A DNA stretch of 64,000 bases from Octopus bimaculoides (taxonomy: Eukaryota), in NCBI RefSeq assembly GCF_001194135.2, contig NC_068982.1:56493511-56557510 (forward strand), given 5' to 3'. Both the position numbers and the translations under genes were made by a program. Under the pieces are notes generated by a model that saw nothing but the letters and a program-made list of their open reading frames with translations, had not been told where the DNA came from and made no database searches. Within the stretch, counting starts at the first letter, position 1; each line of letters opens with the position of its first letter. Shown in pieces: positions 24,724 to 36,777 of the stretch.

Positions 24724-25717
24724 TACACACTACACCTGTCACTCAAATTCTACCCTATCTCTCTCTCATTTTCTTTCACACTCACACAACAACAATAACA
24801 ACAACGTGTGACATGCTTTATGTCAAACAACAAGTCGGCATATTCATGCCATCAGAAAGAACCGAACATAGACAGATAGAGAAAATGAGTGTATGAGTGT
24901 GTGTGTGTGTGTGCATATGTGAGTATGTGTAATTGAACGTCTCTCTGCTCCATGCCTCATATTTTTTGTCTGTTTAGTCTGTTTAAGCCATCAAAAATAG
25001 AAGGGAGGGAAAGAGAGAAAGTTGAAAAGGCCAGAGAGAGAAAGAGAGAGAGATAGAGGGAGGAAGAGAGGGAGGTTTATGTTTTCCTCATCTTCTCTTC
25101 TTCGGTCTTGCTTTCTCACTAATATTTTTTTTTTGTCTTAGTTGTGAAGTCAACTAGTGAGAGGGCGTACTAAGCACTGTCTGTTGTTGTATATAGAAGT
25201 ACCACCACCACCACCAACAACAACAAGACCACTACCACACCACCTACCTATGTAACCCCGCCCCACCAGTACGAAGGGAAAAAAAATAAGGTTCAGTTAG
25301 ATAGGGAAGTCAAGAAATCTAAAACATAGCCGCCATGTTACAAAAACAAAAAAATTCTGATGGAATAAAAAAATATTAGAACAAAAAATAAATACAAAAT
25401 TTTTTGCGGGGTGGAAATGAAATGAAATAAAATATAATAACAAAGAAGCAAGGGATTTGTTGCAAGAGTTTATCTAGAATCCTGCTTGTTCCACTTGGCA
25501 AGTTTATTTGATCAGAATCATATAAACGTCTCATTTTGGGTTATCTCCCTTAACTCATTTATTATTCCCCACCCCCATTATTCCAATAGTAGAAATTATT
25601 ATTCCAATAGCGGAAATTTTGCTGCTCCCTGTTATGATTAATCACTATAGTATATATCGCCAGTAAATCATAAATCCTAAGTTATAAAGCAGTAGCGTAA
25701 TTAGATAAAGATTAGAT

Positions 25718-26026
25718 ATTACCTCGCGAAGAGAGGTAATAAGCTACCGGCCATTAGGGTCTGAAGAGACGCTGTAAAGACGGGTAACCTCATAGACCAG
25801 CAGTTGAAAGGGCATCCACCTGTAAAAACCACGCCAAATCTAACCCCGCCACGTAAAAAGCACTGTGTCCACTCTGCAGAGTGGTTGGTGTTAGGAAGGG
25901 CGTCCAGCCGTAAAAAAACCCCTGCCAAAACAGACGTAGTAGTCTGGAGTAGTCTTCTACCTGGCCCGCTCCTGTAACCCGTCCAACCCATGCATGCATG
26001 GAAGACAGACGTTAAACGATGATGAT
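25718..26026 (+). mobile_element. Retroposon fragment with an RTE-like 3' end
   Basis: Contains GGTGTTAGGAAGGGCGTCCAGCCGTAAAA and ends CATGGAAGACAGACGTTAAACGATGATGAT. Reverse-complement fragments at ~26960-27060 and ~34715-34790. Clade assignment is from recollection. Confidence 0.6.
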
Positions 26027-27342
26027 AACACGATTGAGTAGACTATACTTTGCCGATGAGGTCTATTGGATCAAAACATGTTAATCAGAGGGTAAGATCA
26101 GAAATTCCCTTCATGTAGGTTTGAAGGATTACTTCTCAATTTCTTAAAATTATCTCCCTCTTTCTAGGACCCGAGACCCCAGGTTTTGTTTTCCTGTTCC
26201 ATCTAAGAGAGGGATTTCAATGAATTAATTGATAATTTATATTTACATTCGGCATTCACCCCAATTATGACCAAACAGGAGTCTTACGAAGTCACTCAAA
26301 AGCAGCCCAAAACTGCCTTAAAAATAATTAAAGGAAAAAAAAAAATACGGAAATGTAACCTTTAATTTAATACACTAAATCCAAATAACAGAGAAAATGT
26401 TCTGTTGAAACACACTGATCAAGACTCTGCCGGGTCGAAATAACAACTTGACCAACATTTGGATGGGCCCGTAGATAAAACAGAAAGATCTAAACCGTCT
26501 GCATATGTGGTCAATATAATTTGTTGCCAGAATTAAACAACCATTCTGCAACACACATACGCTATTATGTACATAGTCATTGTACGGAAAGATGCAAATA
26601 ATGGAATTTCTACGCCTACTTACGGGAAAACAAACACCTAAATACCTCTCAAATCACACATTAGCAAGGTACATTGAGTAATATGATCATGAATGCACTG
26701 TGTTTGGGCAAAACACTGGATGGTCACGACTTGAATGCCTTTATTAATATTTACACCACTAGAGCAATCAGTGATGGTTGCTTACGTCCCGATGAAATAA
26801 GGACCGGACATTAAAAAGAACAAAAAAAAAACGAACAAAAATGAATACTGGGGTCGATACGAGTGACTGAATCCTCGCAGGCGTTGTCCCACTACGAACA
26901 CAATCCAATGACTAATCAATAATGCAGTCAACACTAGAGAATTATTAAAACGCTTTCTCATCTCATCATCATTTAACGTCCGTTTTCCATGCTGAAGAGC
27001 TGCCCGGGTTCCATGTCTGTTTTGGTATGGTTTCTACAGCTGGATGCCCTTACTAACACCAAAATATTATTAATAATAATAATAATAATGGCTTCAAATT
27101 CTGGCGCAAGGCCAGCAATTTTAGGTGAAAGGTAAAGTCGATTACGTCGACCCCAGTTTTCAAATGGTACTCATTTTATCGACACCGAAAGGATGACAGA
27201 AAAAATCGACCTCGGCAACATTTGAATTCAGGGCGTAAAATGTCAGAGACACAATACTGCTGAGCATTTTGTCCAATGTGTCAATAACAATGACACCACC
27301 AATAACGCTCGTTAACCTTCTCTTTTAAACATTGCGCAAGGA

Positions 27343-27777
27343 TACAGTTCTATATTTAAGAGATGAGGAATTATTTACATTATTTACATTTGACGGATAT
27401 TTGTCCTCATCTTGTTTGTTGTTAACACAACGTTTCGGCTGATATACCCTCCAGCCACATGAATAACATATGGGAACCGGTATTGAGGAAGGATAGAAAA
27501 ATAATAGATTTATAAGCCCTAAAATTCACTCCATAATTGCCTACGGGCATATGGCGTAGTGGTTAAGAGCGCGGGCTACTAACCCCAAGATCGATTCACG
27601 GCAGCGACCTGATTAATAATAGTAGTAATAATATAATAATAGTAACATCGTTAGGAATGAGAACCCAGGTTCAAAATTTCCCCAAGACACCTGACGAAGG
27701 CTGGAGGGTATATCAGCCGAAACGTTGTGTTAACAACAAACAAGATGAGGACAAATATCCGTCAAATGTAAATAATG
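27343..27777 (+). mobile_element. Composite element: tRNA-like head, hammerhead ribozyme and tail, with an inverted upstream tail copy (Penelope-like architecture)
   Basis: A-box TGGCGTAGTGG at 27552-27562 and anticodon-like arm GGG-CTACTAA-CCC. Hammerhead at 27686-27731. Perfect 79-bp inverted repeat 27378-27456 vs 27699-27777. Second locus at 47271-47580. Confidence 0.8.
27686..27731 (+). ncRNA. Minimal type-I hammerhead ribozyme motif
   Basis: GACAC-CTGACGA-A-GGCTG-(10 nt)-CAGCC-GAAA-CG-TT-GTGTT. Stem I is 5 bp (one G-U), stem II is 5 bp, and stem III is a palindromic ACGU. Predicted cleavage is after GUU at 27726. Confidence 0.75.
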
Positions 27778-28664
27778 ATTACTCAAAGATATATATACGC
27801 CAAAATTAGTGAACGGTAACAACAGACGTAGAGCTAAGACAGAGTTCAAACATTTCTTTTAGTCACAAATATGGCCACCATCAGAAAGAATAGACAGGAC
27901 ATTGGAGAAAATGAAGCATACTCCTACTACATCACACGACATCCCTCAAGATAAACTGCGGCAAACGAACAATCCTCAACATGATTGCGTTTTTTGCTAA
28001 AATTAGTAGCCAAATTTTCCTCAAATTATACACCACCACTCAACTTCTTAAAATCACATTGGCTATTGCAATCTTCGATTCACAGTGCATATTAAAAAAA
28101 AAAAGAAAAAAAGTGCTCTGCTAGAATGCTTTTGACCGAAGGTCTGCCCCATCGAGCTTGACTTGGAGCAAAATAACAACATCAACATGGAAAACATGTT
28201 TACGTATGCACGCATATAAACTTAACCCAACTGTTTTACTCATTCAAAAGACATTAAAAAGAAAAATAAAGATACATGGAGATAGAAAAGACAGGTGAGA
28301 AAGAGCAAGTGAAAATGTGAATGAAAAAGAGAAAGGCAAAACAGGGATGTGAAAACTGAGGAGGGAGAAAGAAGGGAGATAAAACGGGAGACAGATAAGA
28401 TGATAGCGTATGTGTGTGTGAGCGCGTGTGGATGTGGTATATAACGTAAGGACAAGAGGGGAAGAAAGAGAAGACAAGCAACAAAGCAGCTTAACTTGAT
28501 ATCATCGTAACAGAAGCGCTCTAAGACATCTAGACGTTTCAACAGCATGCAATGATTCCTGCCTGCATGCAGCTAAAATATGTATCGCAGCTGTCACACA
28601 AACTGCAGTAATTGAAAGTTGACAAATCCTTAATTTCAAAAACGTAAATTGCCACCGTTACTAT

Positions 28665-29329
28665 AGGGGGTTCCTATAAGGTTGTTATCCACCCCTGATT
28701 GGAACTCTCCCGTATGACATGTACGCATGCTCAGTGACTTGCTTTAACAGTTGCAATCAGCTGAATGCACATTGCCAGTGACCTTTGACATAATTACCCA
28801 CACTCTGTGGTCAGGATTCTTTTTTTGGTTTGATGTCGGTATTGAAGGGATTACCAGACACCGGACAATACAGTGAGAGCAGCTTTCACTCACATCGTGG
28901 TATTCGATGCTGTGTACGTGTCTGTCGTGGTAAAATATGCCACTCCTTAACTGTTGCTTTGCTTTCATCCGTAGCACGAGGTAATTATGTNNNNNNNNNN
29001 CTTCTGCTTATTCCTGTCTGAAGTATCGTCCGATACTTCAGACTTATCGTCCGATGAATTTACTTTGTTGACATTCTTCATCGACAGAATTTTTATCCCT
29101 TTCAACCTTTCAGTCAAGTCCGCCTTTCTTCCAGTAACATACTGTCCATATAATCTTAAATATTTCTTTAACTCAGGCACAGTAAGTACTTCGATAGCTG
29201 AATCATCAAGCTGCTTTATATCCATAAGACGTAAAACAATAACAATGGCGTGGGTAGTCTGCGGAAGTTTAATTATCTACATGGAGCGCCGCCTAGCCAA
29301 GGGAGATAACCTACTTATAGGAAAGCCCT
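28665..29329 (-). mobile_element. Internally deleted DNA transposon (ISL2EU/PHIS-like) with a SAP+SWIM ORF remnant
   Basis: 25-bp imperfect TIRs (20/25): AGGGGGTTCCTATAAGGTTGTTATC / GATAACCTACTTATAGGAAAGCCCT. AT dinucleotide on both flanks. The minus-strand ORF from 29225 has the SAP motif LTVPELKKYLRLYGQYVTGRKADLTERL and ends ...VWVIMSKVTGNVHSADCNC* at 28744. Confidence 0.75.
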
Positions 29330-30208
29330 ATGTCTGCCATTGTTTGGCTCTACGGACTGAGTTTTGTACAAGACAATTTTTCCATGGACCGAGAAATCAA
29401 GGGCATAACAAAAAACAAAGTGTTTCATGTATAATTTAATTATCACATATATAATACATATATATTACATACATAATAAATATATATTATATATATAATG
29501 AAAAAACACCCCACAGATTACGATACTCAATAAAATAGTAACAAAATTTCTAAATATATTCTTTTTGTGAGGCACGGCACCAAATGGTGCACAGCCTACT
29601 GGGTGGACCCCTGGTATGAAGTGGTTAATTTCAGCATATAAAATATCATATAGGAAAATATGTTACACTCGTGCGCTTCTATTGCTCCCACTACCCAACA
29701 CTTTCTTGTATTTTAACGGGCGCATGCGCACACACTTTTCCCTGAACTGCTAGTTTGAAAGACAGAAAAGGGGGGAATAATTGATAAAGAAATAAACTAA
29801 ATCTCCCAGTACAGTGAAGTGGAATTGAGATAGACAAAGTAAAGTTTCTGCATACATACATTATATACATACATACATGCATGTGTCTTCGGGAAAAGTT
29901 TTGAAGTGACTCAATGGCCGAAAGATTAATGAAATACTTTGCAAATTGTAAGTAAACCTTCAAAACACACGGGCTTCCGTACAGTTGGCAGAAACGAAGT
30001 TTCACTTAGCCACGAGCAGGTCTACCTCCGTCTTCTATGTTGGAAGACACTTGACCTCATGCGCTGCGCAGTGGATTCAGAAACGGAACTATATAGTTGG
30101 AAACAGAACTTAACAAAACAAAAAGACGGGATGGTCACGGTTAGGTTGTCTTTGAGCATTAGCCTATTCAAGCAAAGCGGATGTGAGCGTCTACAAATAA
30201 AATCAACA

Positions 30209-30260
<52 letters not shown>

Positions 30261-31296
30261 ACTTTATCGACATTTAGAAGCAGCACTTTGTAGAAGACAT
30301 TTTTTGTGACAGTCAACAGGCCTGGCTTTCGGATACGCGAGAAACCTTGACAAGCTCATTTCTTCTCCCTCCCAACCTTTATTTTTTTTCTTTTTAGAGG
30401 TTATGTGGCGTGTGACAAATTACTTCCTTAGTTTAACATGTATACAAAAATAAATAAATAAATAAATTACATACAGAAGAAAAAAAAAACAAACAAACAA
30501 ACAAATAAATAACAGAAGAAAAATTTCATCAACAAAACCCGTACAACTTAGCATGTAAGAGACTGTTTTGCGCAGAAGCTTGTATTTGACACAGAATGAT
30601 TGATGAGAGTTTGTTGCTAACCAGAGAGAATTCTGAGGTGTGAATTACAGATTCTGTTCACAAATTCTAACACAAAATGGTATTACAGCAAATTTGAAGT
30701 ACAGCCGTAGATAAAAATAAATTAACACCATCGCCAACATCAACAGTAAAACTTTGGAGATATATTATAGTCGTAGTTCGGACTGAGTGTGTTTTTTTCT
30801 CCCTCTTCCAACCACCCAAATTTCAGAGCCCGATAAAATATGGAACCGGCTCAGTACTGGAATCGATTTAAATACGATTTTGTTTGTGACACCTTCCTGA
30901 ATGTGGTCCTCCCCGGCTTAGAAGCCACTGCTGCGGTGGATTGGCAGAATTAGTAAAACGCCGGACAAATTTGCTTTACGATATATTTTAGCCTATGGAC
31001 ATTTATTTTTCGAGTTCAAATCCAAGCCAAAACCGACTTTGTTTTTTTATTTTTTCAGGGATCAATCTCTCTGGCACGCACAATTTTCATGCTACTTATC
31101 GGCTAAATCAAAATTAAACCTAAAAACACAAACATTATGAGGCCTTAAAGCTTGGAATATTGTGGGATTTCAGCCAATAAAAATGCTGCGATATTCTGTA
31201 TGTGTGTGTGTTACATATTTCAGTCATTGAACTGAAGCCATGCTGATTGCACCGTCTCGAAGGATTTAAAGAAAAAGGCTTGACATAATTTTTAGG

Positions 31297-31875
31297 CGCA
31301 AGCGTGACTGTATAAAAGCTTGCTTCCCAACTACATGGTTCCGGGTGTCTTCTAATATAGCCACGGGCTGACCAAAGCCTTGTGAGTGGATTTGGTAGAC
31401 AGAAACTGAAAGGCGGCGAGTTGGCAGAAACGTTAGCACGCCGGGCGAAAAACTTAGCAGTATTTCGTCTGCCGCTACGTTCTGAGTTCAAATTCCGCCG
31501 AGGTCGACTTTGCCTTTCATCCTTTCGGGGTCGATTAAATAAGTACCAGTAACGCACTGGGGTCGATGTAATCGACTTAGTCCGTTTGTCTGCCTTTGTT
31601 TGTCCCCTCTGTGTGTAGCCTTCTGTGGGCAGTGAAGAAATAAGAAACTGAAAGAATCCTGTCGTGTGTGTGTGTGTGTGTGTTTGTCTCCCCACCATCG
31701 CTTGACAACCGATGCTGGTGTTTATGTCCCCGTAACCTAGCGGTTCGGCAAAAGAGCCCGATAGAATAAGTACTAGGTTTACAAAGAATAAGTTCGGGGG
31801 CTGATTTGTTCGACTAAAGGCGGTGCTCCAGCATGGCCACAGTCAAATAACTGAAACAAATAACAAGAGTGAAAG
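31297..31875 (+). mobile_element. Family-A SINE interrupted by a family-B SINE
   Basis: The B copy at 31412-31642 is flanked by a direct repeat AGAAACTGAAA (31401-31411, 31643-31653). Confidence 0.85.
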
Positions 31876-34800
31876 AGTATATTGTCGTTAGAATATCAAA
31901 TAGTACCTTACTATATTCCTTTCAAGTCCTTATCGCCCCGAGTTCAAATCCTGCCGAGGTCAATTTTGTCTTTATCAGTTCGGGATCGATCTAGTCGACT
32001 TAACCAGCCTCAAAATTTGCTCGCTTTGTGCCAAAAGAAGGATTGTTATTATTATTAAAGGAAACGAGGTCGCAGAATAGTTAGCACGTCGGGCAAAATG
32101 CTAAGCGCCATTTCTTCCGTCTTTGCGCTCTGAGTTCAAATTCCAACGGGGTCCACTTTTTCTTTCAGGCTCGATAGAATAAGTACCAATTGAACACTGG
32201 ATCGATGTAACCGACTCATCTCACCACCCCACCGAAATTGCTAGCTTTGTGTCAAAATTTGAAATCATTATTATTATTATTATTTAAGGCGGCGAGCCGG
32301 CAGAATCGTGAGCACGCCGGGAGAAATACTACTGAGTTCAAATTCCGCCGAGGTCGACTTTACCTTTCATCCTTTCGGGGTCGATTAAATAAGTAGCAGT
32401 TACGCACTGGGATCGATGTAATCAACTTAATTATTTCCAAAATTTCAGGCATTGTGTTTACAGTAAAGATTATTATTATTATTATTATTATTATTATTTT
32501 GGAGGCAGCGAGCTGGCAGAATCGTTAGCACATCGGGCGAAATGCTTAGCGGTATTTCGTCTGCCGCAACGTTTTGAGTTCAAATTCCGCCGAGGTTGAC
32601 TTTGCCTGTCATCCTTTCGGAGTCGATAAAATAAGTACCAGTGGAGTACAAGGGTCGATGTGATTGTCTCCCTCCCCACAAAACCCAGGTTTTGTGCCTA
32701 TAGTAGAAAAAGATTATTATTATTAATTAATTATAAATTATTTTGTAGACAGATCACACAGAATAGAAATCTGCCGATCATGACATCAGAGTGAGAGAGA
32801 GAGAAAGCGTAAAGCAAGGAACGAACATAGAAATACCATGAAGAATGAACTACATGCGCGCTCCCGTACCGTACAAACCACACACACACACACACAAGCG
32901 GTGTTCATTGCTAAAAGACAAAAAGTCTCCTCTTTTAATTACATACAGTAGTTCAACAATGACAAGACCTTCCCTTCCAAAATAGATATTTAATTACTCC
33001 AAACATGTTGTAAGAGAGCGCATTACACATCAACCAAAACGACATCATCACCAGTATGATTAATAATTCTTCTAGCATCATCACCATTACCAGCATCAAC
33101 TTCATCATTATGTAAGATGAATAACTTTATTTCCTTCACATAGTAACTATCTTTCTTTCTTATTTTTTTGTAGTTTTTTTTTTTTTTGGTTTTTGGTTAC
33201 TGCTTGTTTGTGCTTAATTTATTATTATTTTTTTGCGTTCTTTCTAAAAATAAAAACAAACCATCTCACACTAAATGTAGTATCCTATATACAGCCACAG
33301 GTTATACATAAGAAACTACGAGAATTGGTGGCGGGGAGTAATAATAACATGTAATGATTAGGGCTATATAACCATACACACACATGTTTCCTATCTTACC
33401 TCCGTCTGGCCCCTCAACCACCGCTCTAACCTCAACTTAAAGTAGAAAACTAAAAATATACGAAATAAAATAAATGAATGAATAGAAAAAAAACAAAAAA
33501 AACAAATATATCAAGACCAAAAAACGAAACATTATTTTCATATCAGCTACATATCCAGAGGTTAGAATCAATTTTGCTTGTTTTCTTTTATTTTTTGTAT
33601 TTATTAATTCCATTATCATCATCATCATCACCATTATTATTATTATTATTACTACATTTTAACGCTGATAAGTCTGTAAGGGTTTTATATACAGGAAATT
33701 GCAGTCAGCGGTGTGAGTGTCTTTGTGCCGTTACCCACCCGTCGTGAAAACACCTAGCCACCAACAGCAGCAGCAGCACCCAACACCACCACAACCACCA
33801 ACAGCAGCCTCAACCATCATCACCATCATAAACAACCACTACAAACAGCGGATCGTGTATGTGTGTGTGCCATGGATAGACTGAAGGTTTTTACAGCAGA
33901 GGAAATTACGGCATTTCCAACATGTCGAATGCAATGTTTCGTTTCAAAACCATTATTAATACAAGCTAGTCGAATGTAATGACAAACAATAGCCGACGGG
34001 TGGTATAGATGGCGGCGGCGGCGGCGACGGTGGTGGTGGTGCACATGGCGGTGATAACATTGGATATAACATAGNNNNNNNNNNNNNNNNNNNNNNNNNN
34101 NNNNNNNNNNNNNNNNNNNNNNNNNNNNNNNNNNNNNNNNNNNNNNNNNNNNNNNNNNNNNNNNNNNNNNNNNNNNNNNNNNNNNNNNNNNNNNNNNNNN
34201 NNNNNNNNNNNNNNNNNNNNNNNNNNNNNNNNNNNNNNNNNNNNNNNNNNNNNNNNNNNNNNNNNNNNNNNNNNNNNNNNNNNNNNNNNNNNNNNNNNNN
34301 NNNNNNNNNNNNNNNNNNNNNNNNNNNNNNNNNNNNNNNNNNNNNNNNNNNNNNNNNNNNNNNNNNNNNNNNNNNNNNNNNNNNNNNNNNNNNNNNNNNN
34401 NNNNNNNNNNNNNNNNNNNNNNNNNNNNNNNNNNNNNNNNNNNNNNNNNNNATATATATATATATACACACACACACATATATCACAATATAACATTAAC
34501 CTTCCGCATCGAGCTAATGTGGAAACAACCTCTACGCAGCCTCGCCCTACTGGAAACAACAGTCAGTTCTGCCTCATACAGCACACACATAGTTGCACAA
34601 TTGTGTTGGGGGAAAAGAGGAATATACAAATAATGTGAGGCGAAATGGTAAAAACATGATAATCAGAGCTTGAGCACTGACAAGAAATACAATCATACAT
34701 CGTTAGAACTAATATATCATCACCATCATTGTTTTATCGTCCATTTTTACATGACTTCCATTGTCGGATGAGATACGTGGAAAAAAAAAAATTTAAAGAA

Positions 34801-36400
34801 CGGATACGCTTCCTATCGCCAACTCTCACTTGTATCCGAGCAAGGTAATACTCCCCCTATGGCAGCCTATGTTTTCACGGAAGACTAGAAAGGAGACACC
34901 ATTTCTACCAAGGTGACGCTCATTCTTTTATTATATGTATGGATATTGCGTGATGTCTATGCATGTAGACACTAACACTCACAGATATACTTACATAATA
35001 CGGGTTTCTTTCAGTTTTTGTCAACCAAATCCACTTAGAAGGCTTTATTCAACCGAGGGTATATAACAGAAGACGCTTAATGAAATGGGACTGAACCCGA
35101 GACTACATGCTTGAAAAACTAACTTAACTATTTCCATATGCATTGATTACAAATAGTTTTGCAATGGAGAGTAGAAAGTTTCGTTGAAGAGGTCTTACAA
35201 GGCTGAAACATCTGCTTTCACGAAAGACTGCATTTACTATATTTTCCAAAATTCCTTGTTAACTGTGATAATCGCAACAACGAGGGCAACGGCACCAGGA
35301 AGCCACTTTTTACGTGAAAATGAAGTATTTTAACGTGAATATATTATTTGCGCACTCCGAGAATTTCCTAGAGAACTATTGGGTTAATGGCTAATAAGCT
35401 TTACACTGCAACGACTAAGAAAGAATAGAAAAAACGTTGCTAAGCTGTTACAAGAGAGAACCTTCAACAGGCACAACTAAAACCTATTGTTGCGTAGTTG
35501 AACAGCAAGTCATGCTCTGATTGAGTAGAGCTTGATGAAAAGCGTCTTCCAGGCATAAACCATTCCGCTTCTTACAGAGCTAGAACACAATGCGTTGTTC
35601 TGGCTCTGTACACAATTGCAAATACCGCCGACATCAACTTTGCATTGTATTCTTTGGAGAAGGATAAAATAAAGCATCGCCACCACCAATCCAGGGCGGA
35701 GAAGTGTTAGAACGCGCTAACCATTCCACTGAGTTCTTGAATGGTAAAACAATTTATCGGCTCGTTTAACACGGCCACTGACCTTGGGGCGCCTTTAGCG
35801 AAAATCACTTTATTCCAAGCTTTTAGGACGCATCTCCCATTTTGAAGTGCTTCTCACTAGCCTCAGAAGCCTTATACATACATACATACATACATACATA
35901 CATACATACATCTAGCTACTGTCGATGGTGCTGGAGTCGATTGGGGAGCTGGCGGACGACTTAACAGGTCAAACTCTAGTACGCTGCCCCTAAACACAGA
36001 TTTAGATGTAACCTTCTATATATATATATATATTTAAGGTGAATGTGGAAACAGCACGGAAGTATATTTAATTATTGTTTTTTACTTTTCCCTTTTTTAA
36101 TCAGACAGGATAAGTATTTTTACATTTGTCGCATTAAGTGACGTTTATAAAATATAACCGGTTTCGATTAGTATGCCCATCTTATCAAATATTAAAAATT
36201 CGAAGTCAAAGATTAGGAAATAAGGAAAAAAATTAGACCTTAAAAGTCTGTTCCCNNNNNNNNNNNNNNNNNNNNNNNNNNNNNNNNNNNNNNNNNNNNN
36301 NNNNNNNNNNNNNNNNNNNNNNNNNNNNNNNNNNNNNNNNNNNNNNNNNNNNNNNNNNNNNNNNNNNNNNNNNNNNNNNAAAAAAAACAAAAATCCAATA

Positions 36401-36777
36401 TGTTGTTGGCACTCCGTCGGTTACGACGTCGAGGGTTCCAGTTGATCCGATCAACGGAACAGCCTGCTCGTGAAATTAACGTGCAAGTGGCTGAGCACTC
36501 CACAGACACGTGTACCCTTAATGTAGTTCTCGGGGATGTTCAGCGTGACACAGTGTGGCAAGGCTGTCCCTTTGAATTACAGGCACAACCGAAACAGGAA
36601 GTAAGAGTGAGAGAAAGTTATGATGAAAGAGTACAGCAGGGTTCGCCACCATCCCCTGCTGGAGCTTCGTGGAGCTTTAGGTGTTTTCGCTCAATAAACA
36701 CTCACAACGCCCGGTCTGGCAATCGAAACCGCGATCCTATGACCGCGATTCCGCTGCCCTAACCATTGGGCCTCCAC
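36401..36777 (-). mobile_element. tRNA-headed SINE, family C
   Basis: Reverse-complement homologue of 18947-19334. Confidence 0.88.

Noticed and set aside
33830-34074. GC-rich stretch beside a gap as a possible RGM signal-peptide exon
   Set aside because: All frames stop quickly or are low complexity, and there is no good splice donor.
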